Shown here one piece after another: positions 9,178 through 19,016 of a DNA stretch of 64,000 bases (the first letter of the stretch is position 1; every line of letters begins with the position of its first letter). The stretch is from assembly GCA_965204375.1 (NCBI GenBank), contig OZ241986.1, positions 96,001-160,000 on the forward strand, written 5' to 3'. Position numbers and translations under genes: made by a program. Source of the stretch: Candidatus Latescibacterota bacterium. Its GTDB lineage: Bacteria > Latescibacterota > UBA2968. The notes beneath the pieces were generated by a model. That model ran no database searches, was not told where the DNA came from, and saw only the letters and a list, made by a program, of their open reading frames with translations.

Positions 9178-9972
9178 TCAATACCTCACATCGACCAGCC
9201 ACGCGCTTTTGGGATTTTTTTCCCAGTGTTGGCGCAACACCTGTTCGTTTGGGCAAAATTCACCGCGATAGGCGACCCCACCATGAGAAATATTAAAGCT
9301 CATGGCGACTTCATCTTCACCCGCATCAACCCAGTGGGGCGTTAATAACTGGTTCCACAGCAAATCGCCGGGTTGCATGTCATAGGTCAAAATATCCGCT
9401 GGTTCTATTTGGGGAATATCAATGCGCGTGACGCCCGTTCGATCTTCCACGAGTTTTTTAACAGGTTCGCGTTTTTCCGGTTCCAAAAACCCGTGAAAGT
9501 GTTTTTCCCCATAAACTTGCCACGCGAGTACATGCGAAGAATCTGCATGATAGGTCGAACTGCACCCTTTTCCAGAAATAAATATAATGGGATAACATCT
9601 TTGCCACGTAAATCCGAGCTGAGAAAGGAAGGTGCGCCAGGGAATCATCACACATTCTTGAAAGTGTTCGAGAAATTGTCCCGCGCCATAAAAATTTTGC
9701 AAATGAAAATGCGCCAGACTAATCGGCATTTCGACGGCTTTTTCTATGGGCGCAGCCTTAAACTTTTCGACCAGATTATTTTGCTCTGCATCGCTCAAGC
9801 TGTCATCTAAAAATTGAATGCGCGCCTCGGAATCGCGCCGCAAAATATCTATAACTTCTTCGATAGGACCGAGTGGCATTTCAAATTTGAACAACACAGC
9901 ATGGATAAGAAAATTTCGCTCGCCATTCCAGAACTGGCGAAAATCGTCTGCTGTCCTGGCAATCAGGTGCAT
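9178..9972 (-). CDS. JmjC/cupin-like Fe(II)/2OG oxygenase (putative)
   Basis: YHAD...QVYGEK...PGDLLW...TPHWV (HxD...H triad). Confidence 0.7.
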   Translation of the reverse strand: MHLIARTADDFRQFWNGERNFLIHAVLFKFEMPLGPIEEVIDILRRDSEARIQFLDDSLSDAEQNNLVEKFKAAPIEKAVEMPISLAHFHLQNFYGAGQFLEHFQECVMIPWRTFLSQLGFTWQRCYPIIFISGKGCSSTYHADSSHVLAWQVYGEKHFHGFLEPEKREPVKKLVEDRTGVTRIDIPQIEPADILTYDMQPGDLLWNQLLTPHWVDAGEDEVAMSFNISHGGVAYRGEFCPNEQVLRQHWEKNPKSAWLVDVRY

Positions 9973-9990
9973 TGTTTGCTCCTATGGGAA

Positions 9991-10020
9991 GTGAGATGTG
10001 TGAAGTGAGAGGTGAGAAGT
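9991..10020 (+). repeat. 7-bp tandem repeat (GTGAGAN x4)
   Basis: GTGAGAT-GTGTGAA-GTGAGAG-GTGAGAA-GT. Confidence 0.7.
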
Positions 10021-10182
10021 CCACCCCACTCCACCCCAGGGCAGGTGCCTCTTTAACATACATCATCGCACAAATAGATTCAAGCAATCAAGATAGGGCG
10101 GGGTGAAGGTACTTGACAGTAAATTTTCTTGCATTCATTATGTAATATCAATCCCATATATTTTTTGTTTCAGGAGGTTAAG

Positions 10183-11406
10183 ATGAAAATCACCGATATT
10201 GAAGTCATCCCGATTGCGATGCCTTTGGCAAAACGCTACGACAACCACCACGGGCGCACGCGCATGTATGACATCGATCAGCATGTGGTGGTCAAAATCC
10301 ATACGGATAACGGGCTGATTGGCTATGGCGATTACGAAGACCGCTCTGCGATTGCATCCGAGGAAATCGAGCCATTAATTGGGCGCAATCCCTTTGATTT
10401 TTTGCACAATAATTTTCATATGGCTCTTGGCATGGCGCTCTACGATGTCATGGGCAAGTACCTCGAAGTGCCTGCCTATAAGCTCCTGGGGCAAAAGGTG
10501 AGAGATGCGGTGCCTGCGGCGGCATGGACGCGGCCCTGTTCACCCGAAGTGTTTGCCGAAGAAATCCAGCGTGCTGTCGATCAGGGGTATCGCATTTTCA
10601 AAATGCATTCCGACGCACGTTATGATGTTATTGAACAAACGCGAGCCGCTGCCGAGGTCGCCCCAGAGGGCTTTAAGATCCACTGGGATTTCAACCACAA
10701 CCGCACGATGGGTGTTGTGCTTCCCATTGTTGCCGAACTCGAACGCAGTTATCCGGTGGTGGGTTTTATCGAAGACCCACTGCCCTGGGCCGATATCGAT
10801 GGCTGGCGCACACTGAGACAAAAAACGCAACTGCCGCTTATTATGCACAATCCCCAACTCGGTGGCATGCAGGAGGTCTTACACGGCACTGCTGATATTT
10901 ATATGATTGGCGGTCGCATTGGCGATACGATGCGGAAGGGATTTGCATACGGTCAGGCCAATATCCAGACGCTTCTTCAGCAATCCGGCAATACTCTGAT
11001 GAAGGCTTTTACGTTGCATCAGGCGGCGGTCCTGCCCACGGCAACCGCGCATATTATTACCCTTGATGATCAATACGAAGACGATATTACCACGTCGCAA
11101 CTGCTGCCGACCGAGGGCTTTTGCCGCGTGCCCGAAGGCGCGGGGCTTGGCGTTGAGGTCGATGAGGAAAAGCTCAAGCTGGCCGCCCAGCGCGAACATA
11201 TTCCCAAACTCGATGTCATCGGTGTGCTCCACCTGCCTTATGGACGCAAGTATTATACCCGTGGCGAACCCAATGTTCAAAATCTCACTGGTTTTGAGGA
11301 AGGCGCGTTGCGCGGTATTCATTGCGAACGCCTCGTCAGAGGCGAATCTCCCGACTTTGAGCGCGTTCACAAACGGCTCGAAGAGGAGGGACCATTTGTG
11401 GAATAA
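10183..11406 (+). CDS. Mandelate racemase/muconate lactonizing enzyme (enolase superfamily)
   Basis: MKITDIEV start after AGGAGG; TDNGLIGYG, MALYDVMGK, FIEDP, PEGAGLGVEVDE. Confidence 0.88.
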   Translation: MKITDIEVIPIAMPLAKRYDNHHGRTRMYDIDQHVVVKIHTDNGLIGYGDYEDRSAIASEEIEPLIGRNPFDFLHNNFHMALGMALYDVMGKYLEVPAYKLLGQKVRDAVPAAAWTRPCSPEVFAEEIQRAVDQGYRIFKMHSDARYDVIEQTRAAAEVAPEGFKIHWDFNHNRTMGVVLPIVAELERSYPVVGFIEDPLPWADIDGWRTLRQKTQLPLIMHNPQLGGMQEVLHGTADIYMIGGRIGDTMRKGFAYGQANIQTLLQQSGNTLMKAFTLHQAAVLPTATAHIITLDDQYEDDITTSQLLPTEGFCRVPEGAGLGVEVDEEKLKLAAQREHIPKLDVIGVLHLPYGRKYYTRGEPNVQNLTGFEEGALRGIHCERLVRGESPDFERVHKRLEEEGPFVE

Positions 11407-11476
11407 AAGGAAACAGGACATCTCTGTAGTGAAATGTCCTGTTGTGTTGCTGGTGGCGAGTGGGCACAGGGGCGTG

Positions 11477-12964
11477 CTATACCTCTAATCTTTCGCCAGC
11501 ATTTTCTTCGTGTTCCTTTTTAAAAAAACGATCTGCATCGCGAGGTGGTGTGGTGGCGAAAGATACGAGGATGAGGATGAGCGCGGAAACAGGGACGATA
11601 ATGCCGGCGGGGATTAAGCCGGTTCCACCAATGCTGTAAGCGCCTTCTGCGTTCAGGGAATCTGCATAAAAAAATAGCCATAGACCAATTACACTCAGGA
11701 TTGCCGCGGTTGCGCCCTGCTTTGTGCTGCGCTTCCAGTACAGCGCGCCGACGAATACGGGTACCAATCCCGCGAAGCCCGTGAGTGACCAGGCGCCGAG
11801 TTCAAAAATTGACCGCGTTGTAAATAGCGACGCGACAAAGGCCAATACGAGGAATGCAGCGACAAATAGGCGTCCGAACAAGACCTGCTGTTTTTCGGAT
11901 AACTGATTATCAAAACCGTAAAATCGCACAATGTCTTCGGTAAACATCGCGCCCAGGGCAAGGGTTTGAGAGTCGAGCGAAGACATAATTGCCGCAAAAA
12001 CTCCTGCTGCCAGGCACCCCGCGAGCACGCCGCCCGTATGTGCCAGTATTAATTCAATCAGTATAGGGCCACTCAGTGGTGCCGTGAAATCAATGCGACC
12101 GACCATTCCGAGGGTGACACTGGGTACCCACACGGCGGCGATACACAGGGGGTAGAATACTATGGGCGTTTGAAATGACCGCGCAGTTCGAGCGGAGAGC
12201 CAATGGCCGTAAATATGGGGAAATGCCGCGACACTGATGGGTAGCAGGAGATAAGAGAGCATTTTGAATACGGTATAAGAGCCGCTGCCAAAAACCACAA
12301 ATTCGGGGTGTGTATCGCGCAGCGTTGCCATAGCTTTACCGATCCCGCCGTAGTGATCCATGATGACGAGATAGGCAACGATGCCTACGAGAATAAATAC
12401 CGTTGTTTGAAAGGTATTTGCCCAGGCTGTACTTCGCATCCCGCCGTAGGTTACGTATAGAAATGTCACCCCACATACGAGCAAGCTGCCTGCCCAACTC
12501 GGCCACTCACCGCGCGTGATTGCCGCGAGCGCATCGCCCCCGCCTTTGACCCCTATCAGGATGTAGGGCAGCATCAACAACACCACGACGACAAATAAGA
12601 GCGTTCCCAATGCTGGGGATGTATAGCGGTCCCGGATCATCTGGATTTGGGTGACATAGGAAAATCTTTTGCCCAACCACCAGCTTTTTGTGCCGAGATA
12701 ATAAAAGAGAAATGGAATCAGAATGGACGAACTCGCGCCCATAAGACCGAAAACAATAATTCCCAGGCGATAGGCTTCCCCGGATGCCCCCAGCATTGTA
12801 AATGCCGTTAGATTGGTGCCCAGCAATGTCATCAGCAGGACCACAGGACCAATGGTGCGGCTTGCGACAAAGTAGTCTTCTGCGGTGTTGCGAAACAGCC
12901 GATGTCCCAGAGTGCCGACCACGATAACCAGCCCCAGATAAATTGCGACAACCGCAATAATCAT
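11477..12964 (-). CDS. Sodium:solute symporter
   Basis: EDYFVASRTIG, YGGMRSTAW, AAIMSSLDSQ; ATGA overlap with the upstream gene. Confidence 0.92.
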   Translation of the reverse strand: MIIAVVAIYLGLVIVVGTLGHRLFRNTAEDYFVASRTIGPVVLLMTLLGTNLTAFTMLGASGEAYRLGIIVFGLMGASSSILIPFLFYYLGTKSWWLGKRFSYVTQIQMIRDRYTSPALGTLLFVVVVLLMLPYILIGVKGGGDALAAITRGEWPSWAGSLLVCGVTFLYVTYGGMRSTAWANTFQTTVFILVGIVAYLVIMDHYGGIGKAMATLRDTHPEFVVFGSGSYTVFKMLSYLLLPISVAAFPHIYGHWLSARTARSFQTPIVFYPLCIAAVWVPSVTLGMVGRIDFTAPLSGPILIELILAHTGGVLAGCLAAGVFAAIMSSLDSQTLALGAMFTEDIVRFYGFDNQLSEKQQVLFGRLFVAAFLVLAFVASLFTTRSIFELGAWSLTGFAGLVPVFVGALYWKRSTKQGATAAILSVIGLWLFFYADSLNAEGAYSIGGTGLIPAGIIVPVSALILILVSFATTPPRDADRFFKKEHEENAGERLEV

Positions 12965-13176
12965 TCCCGATCCTCCGCATCTAAATGATGAGGCCATGCC
13001 AGGCGTACAATCACGAGCATAGAGAGTGTGGTCAGGACGCACAGGCCGATGTGGTAAAGCAAATTGATCGGCAATCCCAGGATTAGGGCGTCGTTATCCC
13101 ACATCCAGATATTAAAAAATAGAATTAGCAGGATGAGCAAAACACTCAAGGGCCAGATTTTTGTTTTTTGCGACAT
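12961..13176 (-). CDS. DUF3311-like small membrane protein (SSS accessory)
   Basis: 71 aa, two TM helices, ILGLP motif, directly upstream of the SSS gene. Confidence 0.8.
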   Translation of the reverse strand: MSQKTKIWPLSVLLILLILFFNIWMWDNDALILGLPINLLYHIGLCVLTTLSMLVIVRLAWPHHLDAEDRE

Positions 13177-13205
13177 TCATGTTCTCCTTTTTGTTTTGCT
13201 CGATA

Positions 13206-14177
13206 TTACGGCCTTTGCGCGCCTTTGGATTCGACGTACACTGAATATAAACACATCCCGCCGGTCATGAAGAGGCGGTTTTTCTTTTGTCCGCCAAAGC
13301 AGAGGTTGGAACACACTTCGGGCAGGTGAATTTTTCCAATGAGGTCGCCATTGGGCGCGAAAATTTTGACGCCGTTATCTTCGGGGTTGCCCCAGCCCGA
13401 GCTGCTCCACAGGTTGCCGTCAATGTCGCAGCGAATGCCATCGGCGAATCCGGGTGCCATGTCGGCAAAGACGCGACTGTTTTTAAGGCGGCCATTTTCG
13501 ACATCAAATGCGCGGATATGTGCAGGTCCTCCCAGTCCATGAGAGGATCCGGTATCGGTGATATAGAGAATTTTTTCATCGGGAGAGAAGCACAGTCCAT
13601 TGGGGCGCACAAAATCGTCGGCAACGACTGTGGCATTTCCCGTGGTGGGATCGAGGCGATAGACATTGGTGGGTAATTCGGCATCGGCAATGTGGCCTTC
13701 GTAGTCGAGCATAATGCCGTATCCCGGATCAGTGAACCATATACTGCCATCGGAATGCGCGGTGACGTCGTTGGGTGCGTTGAGAGGTTTGCCCTCAAAG
13801 CTGTCGATGAGTACGGTGATGGTTCCGTCGTATTCGGTGCGGGTGACGCGCCGCGTGCCGTGTTCACAGGTGATCAGGCGGCCTGCTCGGTCTCGGGTGT
13901 GTCCATTGCAATAATTGGAAGGTTGGCGATAGACGCTGAGGCTGCCATCGCTTTCGTCCCAGCGCATAATGCGATTATTGGGTATGTCGCTGAAGAGCAC
14001 ACAACGCGCGTCTCCGAACCACACCGGGCCTTCGCCCCAGCGCAGGCCCGTACAGAGGCGCTCGACCGCGGCGTTGCCAATGGCGTATTTTGCAAAGCGT
14101 GCGTCCAGGATTTCAATGGCGGGATCGGGATAGGGAACAGGGCTGCCGTCCCACGGACGGGTTTTCCAATCGGACAT
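13206..14177 (-). CDS. SMP-30/gluconolactonase family protein
   Basis: WGEGPVW, FSDIP, LNAPND, FTDP, PNGLCFSPD, DGIRCD. Confidence 0.92.
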   Translation of the reverse strand: MSDWKTRPWDGSPVPYPDPAIEILDARFAKYAIGNAAVERLCTGLRWGEGPVWFGDARCVLFSDIPNNRIMRWDESDGSLSVYRQPSNYCNGHTRDRAGRLITCEHGTRRVTRTEYDGTITVLIDSFEGKPLNAPNDVTAHSDGSIWFTDPGYGIMLDYEGHIADAELPTNVYRLDPTTGNATVVADDFVRPNGLCFSPDEKILYITDTGSSHGLGGPAHIRAFDVENGRLKNSRVFADMAPGFADGIRCDIDGNLWSSSGWGNPEDNGVKIFAPNGDLIGKIHLPEVCSNLCFGGQKKNRLFMTGGMCLYSVYVESKGAQRP

Positions 14178-14280
14178 TTTTTCTCCTTATAGGCGGTTTA
14201 ATTCCTGCGCGTACGATGGGCTTCGACGAGTAGCGTGCTCTGAAAGGCTGTGGGTATGAGAGAAGATAGAAGGAGGAGGG

Positions 14281-15027
14281 CTAATCCAACGAAAATTCTA
14301 TTGGCATGATCATCCAGACTTTGCGGCGTTCTCCCTGGTGTTTGCCGGGGCGAAATCGAAATTGCCACGCTGCGTCTAATGCTGCTTTCCTGAACATTTC
14401 CGGGCCGTGGATAAACTGGACGTCTTCTACATTGCCTATTTTGTCAACCAGTACTTTGACCGTGACTTTGCCTTCGATGCGTTTTTTTCGCGCTTCGGCG
14501 GGATATTCAGGCGTGACAATTCGGCTGGGATGAGGTTTGTAGTCGATCTCCATATAGTCGAGCGGTTCGTCTAAGTCTGTTCCCGCTGTGCTTGCTAAAT
14601 TGGGGATAAATATCTTGTCGAGGTCCAGTTCGGTTGATTCAATTGTTACATCCTCAGGTACCTCGTCGCCTTCAACTGCCAGGGGCACTTGAGGGCGCGG
14701 AGGCGGGGGCGGACGCTTTTGTTGACTGGTTTCGGGAATATCAACTCTGAGAATTTTGGGGACGGATTGCGTCAGATGTACGGTGGGATGGTATTCGGGA
14801 TAGAGCAAAGCAACGGCGATGAAGATTATGAGATTCAACAGGCTTGCGCGCATCATATTCGGCCAGTAGGGCAACTTCAAGTCAGCATCGGGTTTTTTTG
14901 CGCGCGTTTCTATCTGGACGTCGCAGGGTTGGGCAGATAGCCTTTTTTGAAATTCGCGCTGCGCCTGGCGCGCTTGATAAATTTGACCGCTTAGCGTATT
15001 CCCAAATCTGATCTGGACGAGGTTCAT
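14281..15027 (-). CDS. tonB: Energy transducer TonB
   Basis: TM anchor, Pro-rich linker, YPAEARKKRIEGKVTVKVLVD...F.PG C-terminal domain; start uncertain. Confidence 0.82.
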   Translation of the reverse strand: MNLVQIRFGNTLSGQIYQARQAQREFQKRLSAQPCDVQIETRAKKPDADLKLPYWPNMMRASLLNLIIFIAVALLYPEYHPTVHLTQSVPKILRVDIPETSQQKRPPPPPRPQVPLAVEGDEVPEDVTIESTELDLDKIFIPNLASTAGTDLDEPLDYMEIDYKPHPSRIVTPEYPAEARKKRIEGKVTVKVLVDKIGNVEDVQFIHGPEMFRKAALDAAWQFRFRPGKHQGERRKVWMIMPIEFSLD

Positions 15028-15254
15028 GCGATTCCCGTTTAATGGACAGTGCCGATTATGTGGATATACTTATAATTCTCAATAAGAACGAAAGTTCCAA
15101 TTCTACTGATGCAGATGGGGGCATGGGGCAACAATTTATATGAGTCTGTGGCGTTTGTCCAGACGAATCCGTATCAAACCAGTTGTGCTTTGGGGCGATG
15201 AATTGTAATATACAGGGGATATTTGGATTGTGACAAAACTTACTGGAGGAAGAA

Positions 15255-16256
15255 ATGAATCGTCAGATTACGCTTGCTGCACGTCCTGAAGGTTTTCCCG
15301 TGCCGGAAGATTTTAAGCTCGTTGAAACGCCTGTTCCAGAGCCTGGAGAAGGCGAAGTGCTGTCGAGAACGCTGTTTATGTCTGTTGATCCGTATATGCG
15401 CGGGCGGATGAATGATCGGGCATCGTATGCAGCAAATGTGCAAATTGGCGATGTGATGGTGGGCGGCACGGTGGGGGAGGTGATCGCGTCGAATGATCCC
15501 AATTTTGAGGCTGGCGATATTGTCCAGGCGCAAATTGGGTGGCAGGCTTATGGCGTGTCTAAGGGATCAAATTTGCGCAAGGTCAATCCAGATCTCGCAC
15601 CTGTATCAACGGCTTTGGGAGTTTTGGGGATGCCCGGGCTTACGGCGTATTTTGGATTGCTGGAAGTTGGACAGCCCAGAGAAGATGAGACTGTACTGGT
15701 GACGGGTGCTGCGGGTGCTGTGGGATCAATTGTGGGACAGATTGCCAAAATCGTGGGTTGCCGCGTTGTGGGTGTGGCGGGGGCGGATCAAAAGATTGCC
15801 CATGTGGTCGATGAACTGGGTTTTGACGCTGCTTTTAATTACAAGGAAGTCGATGATTACAGTGCCGAATTGCAACGCCTGTGTCCCGATGGTATTGATG
15901 TGTTTTTTGATAATGTGGGGGGCGCGGTTTCCGATGCGGCCTTTCCCCTGATGAATGTGCGCGGTCGCATTTCCGTTTGCGGACAAATATCGCAATACAA
16001 TTTGACTGCTCCAGAACAGGGCCCGCGGATGATGTGGTACTTTATTTCTCAGAGATTGACGATGCGCGGTTTTCTGGTTTTTGACTTTGAAGATCAGCAT
16101 GCCGAAGCACTCAACCAGATGGCTATTTGGGTCAATGAAGGGCGGATTAAATATCGAGAAGATATCTGGGAGGGACTGGAGAATGCCCCCGAGGCATTTA
16201 TCGATATGATGCGGGGTGGGAATACTGGCAAGCGCGTCGTAAAGGTGGCGGATTAA
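15255..16256 (+). CDS. NADP-dependent oxidoreductase (CurA/YncB-like MDR)
   Basis: SVDPYMRGRM, LGMPGLTAYFGL, GAAGAVGS, FDNVGG, CGQISQYN. Confidence 0.92.
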   Translation: MNRQITLAARPEGFPVPEDFKLVETPVPEPGEGEVLSRTLFMSVDPYMRGRMNDRASYAANVQIGDVMVGGTVGEVIASNDPNFEAGDIVQAQIGWQAYGVSKGSNLRKVNPDLAPVSTALGVLGMPGLTAYFGLLEVGQPREDETVLVTGAAGAVGSIVGQIAKIVGCRVVGVAGADQKIAHVVDELGFDAAFNYKEVDDYSAELQRLCPDGIDVFFDNVGGAVSDAAFPLMNVRGRISVCGQISQYNLTAPEQGPRMMWYFISQRLTMRGFLVFDFEDQHAEALNQMAIWVNEGRIKYREDIWEGLENAPEAFIDMMRGGNTGKRVVKVAD

Positions 16257-16274
16257 CGGCTTACACCACTTGAG

Positions 16275-17039
16275 ATGGGTATGACAGATTATCAGGTTGA
16301 ACATTTTCATCGCAATGGATTCTTTTTTGTTTCAAATCCGCTGGACGATGATGCTATGTTCGAGATTGACCGACGCCAGCGAGCGGTTGAATCGGGGTGG
16401 TTACAGGCTGAGTGGGCAGAGGGTTTTAACCGGGGGGCTTGCCAGTTTTTTATGGTTGGCGAGCCGTTGTTGCAGGCGGTGGAGTGTCCGGAATTTGTGG
16501 GTATGGCGCAGCGCATTTTGGGGTGTGAAGATGTGCATGTGGGCGCGTGTGGGTTGGGCGATGCGTCGAAAATTGTGTCGGCAGATGGGCGTTTGCGCCA
16601 GCAGGTCCACTGGCATGCAGATGGGGGACCCGATGTACGGCAGGTGTCTATGCGTACGGCATTGGATCGACACGATCCATCCAATGCGCCGTTGCGCGTG
16701 TTGCCCGGGACCCATGTCAGATCGCGCGAGGAAGTCGAAGAAGAATTGCGACAAATCGAAATTGCCACCGGGCAGCACGATGAGATGCCCGAGTTGTTAT
16801 TTGCCTCACATCCCCGCGAGGTAGAAGTGATTCTGGATCCCCGATGGACGCTGGTGTGGACGCCGAGTTGCTGGCATGCGACAGGTGTGAAGACGGCGGC
16901 GGGGCCAAGACGTGCGATGGCGTGGAATTATTTTCCGAGTGAAGGTCGCAAGCGAGATGTGGAGGCACTGAAGTACGTGATTGAGGGGTGGGAGGATTGG
17001 TCCGATGATCGGAAGCGGTTATGGGGACTTGTGGCGTGA
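16275..17039 (+). CDS. Phytanoyl-CoA dioxygenase (PhyH) family protein
   Basis: FHRNGF, WHAD, LRVLPGTH, WHA...RR. Confidence 0.82.
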   Translation: MGMTDYQVEHFHRNGFFFVSNPLDDDAMFEIDRRQRAVESGWLQAEWAEGFNRGACQFFMVGEPLLQAVECPEFVGMAQRILGCEDVHVGACGLGDASKIVSADGRLRQQVHWHADGGPDVRQVSMRTALDRHDPSNAPLRVLPGTHVRSREEVEEELRQIEIATGQHDEMPELLFASHPREVEVILDPRWTLVWTPSCWHATGVKTAAGPRRAMAWNYFPSEGRKRDVEALKYVIEGWEDWSDDRKRLWGLVA

Positions 17040-17042
17040 GCG

Positions 17043-17076
17043 ATCCGCAGATGGACGCAGATGGACGCAGATGAAA
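17043..17076 (+). repeat. 10-bp tandem repeat, CAGATG family
   Basis: ATCC-GCAGATGGAC-GCAGATGGAC-GCAGATGAAA, 3 nt after the stop at 17039. Confidence 0.85.
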
Positions 17077-17113
17077 AGGGATCACGGATGAAATGTATAG
17101 GTAGTGCGGGGAA

Positions 17114-17147
17114 ATCCTGTTCATCCTTTCATCCTGAGAATCCTGAT
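17114..17147. repeat. ATCCT-core 8-9 bp tandem repeat
   Basis: ATCCTGTTC-ATCCTTTC-ATCCTGAGA-ATCCTGAT abutting the MFS stop. Confidence 0.65.
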
Positions 17148-17148
17148 C

Positions 17149-18294
17149 TTATTTTTGGGATGTAATTACCAGTGCGCCGATGGCATATATTCCACCGCCA
17201 ATGAGAAAAATCCAGTCCGACGGCAAATGTACCTGCTGCGTCATCCATCCGAGCATGGGACCTGTTGCAGAGCCGAAGTCAGATGCTGTTACGTATCCGG
17301 CAACTGAACGCGAACCGCGCATTCCTGCCTCGGCGTGCATTATTACCGTTGCGCCAACACCACATAAAAAAAATATCACCACGCACAAGATCAACAATCC
17401 CGTATTTGATGTGATTGACGCCGAGAATAGAGCCAACATCCCGATGCCAAAATAAATGGTCCCGCTCATCTTTCGCCCCAGCCGATCACTGATATGGCCC
17501 AGGAAGGGGGCACCGATCGCATCGGCAATCCATCGTGAAGATAGCAACAGGCCGTTTAATGTGGCTACGCCGATGACCATCCCTAACAGGTTCAGAGATG
17601 TGCCTACGGTTTCGACGAGGACCACCCCCAGGGTGGACATTAAAATGCCCGGCCCAACGCACCCAATCACAAATCCGCAAATCATTAATTTGGGTACCCA
17701 GCCCGAGTCCTCGACGCCTTCTTTATTTATATTTTTTTCGAAAACAGCGCGTCGCGCGATCCATCCCAGGGGTGTTCCCAGCAACGAGATGATGGCAAAT
17801 AAAAAGAGTGTGAGTGTAAATCCAATGATGTCGTGAGCCAGCCCGCCTAAAAAATTGCCTCCCACCGACCCGAGGCGCGATACGCCGTTGTAAAATCCCA
17901 TCCTGTGACCGATCATAGATGGCGGCGTGGTATCTACCACGGTCATCAAGCCAATCTGGCGTATAAATGACCAGGATAATCCCCAGAGCATGCGCGCAGT
18001 AAGCAAGATGGGAAAAGAGGTGGCTACGCCGTAAACGGCGGTTAATAAGGCTCCGAGAATCAGTGAACCTGTCATCAAAGCCGTCAGATTATAGCGTTGA
18101 CACAATTTTTCGGCCAGGGTGTTTGTTATCAGGCGCACCCAGCGATTTACCGAGAGGATGATGCCGACCTGATAAGGCATCAGTCCAATTTCGGCATAAT
18201 GCGTTGGCAACACGGAGTACAGCATTTGGTCGCCCAATAGCGAAAATGCCGTAGCCAGTGCAATAAATACGACCGCATGTGACGATTGCATCAT
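17149..18294 (-). CDS. MFS transporter
   Basis: About 12 TM helices, GHISDRLGRK motif A. Confidence 0.9.
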   Translation of the reverse strand: MMQSSHAVVFIALATAFSLLGDQMLYSVLPTHYAEIGLMPYQVGIILSVNRWVRLITNTLAEKLCQRYNLTALMTGSLILGALLTAVYGVATSFPILLTARMLWGLSWSFIRQIGLMTVVDTTPPSMIGHRMGFYNGVSRLGSVGGNFLGGLAHDIIGFTLTLFLFAIISLLGTPLGWIARRAVFEKNINKEGVEDSGWVPKLMICGFVIGCVGPGILMSTLGVVLVETVGTSLNLLGMVIGVATLNGLLLSSRWIADAIGAPFLGHISDRLGRKMSGTIYFGIGMLALFSASITSNTGLLILCVVIFFLCGVGATVIMHAEAGMRGSRSVAGYVTASDFGSATGPMLGWMTQQVHLPSDWIFLIGGGIYAIGALVITSQK

Positions 18295-19016
18295 GGATGA
18301 TGTTCGACATTTTCTCCGCGATGCTCGCCGTCGATAAATGCCTGCGTAAATGCCGTTACCTGTGTAACCGCATCTTCCACGAGTGCTGCACCGGCTTCTG
18401 CGGTGGCTTTTAGAGGTTCCTTATCTACTTGATCCTGCATTGCATCGTGGCGCACGTTTTCGGGCCACAGTGCCAGCGCGAATGCCGTTTCAAATTCCTG
18501 TGCGTGTCCCGGATAGCGTTTTGTTTTCAAATTTTGTTCGGCGACATCTTTTGACATGAGATCCCAGTAAGAAGTCCATTGCAGATTTACGTCGGGGCGG
18601 TCGATCTTGAAAAACAACCGCCATTGACCAAATATGCCCCGCAGGGGAGCTACATTGCCGCCGTGACCATTTAGCACAATGACATTTTTTACGCCATGAC
18701 GCACCAGGCTTTCGACTGCGTCAAATAATACGGCCAACCACGACCCGGGTTTTGCTGTCACGGTTCCTTTGTGTACCATGTGGTGTTCGGAGATGCCCAC
18801 TGCCATTGGTACATTGACAATTACCTGGGGATATAATCGTTTGGCGGCTTCTACCGCGACATGGGTTGACGAAGCGGTGTCGTGTTCCATTGCCAGGTGC
18901 TCTAAATGCTGCTCGTTGCTTCCCACCGGTATAATCGCCGTTTGAAATTCTCCGCGTTCCAGTGCTTCCCGAAACTCGCGTCGCGTCAATTTTGCCAGCA
19001 GAACTTGTTCGCTCAT
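18291..19016 (-). CDS. Creatininase family amidohydrolase
   Basis: PVGSNEQH..HL...D, GISEHH, NGHGGN, GHAQEFET. Confidence 0.9.
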   Translation of the reverse strand: MSEQVLLAKLTRREFREALERGEFQTAIIPVGSNEQHLEHLAMEHDTASSTHVAVEAAKRLYPQVIVNVPMAVGISEHHMVHKGTVTAKPGSWLAVLFDAVESLVRHGVKNVIVLNGHGGNVAPLRGIFGQWRLFFKIDRPDVNLQWTSYWDLMSKDVAEQNLKTKRYPGHAQEFETAFALALWPENVRHDAMQDQVDKEPLKATAEAGAALVEDAVTQVTAFTQAFIDGEHRGENVEHHP

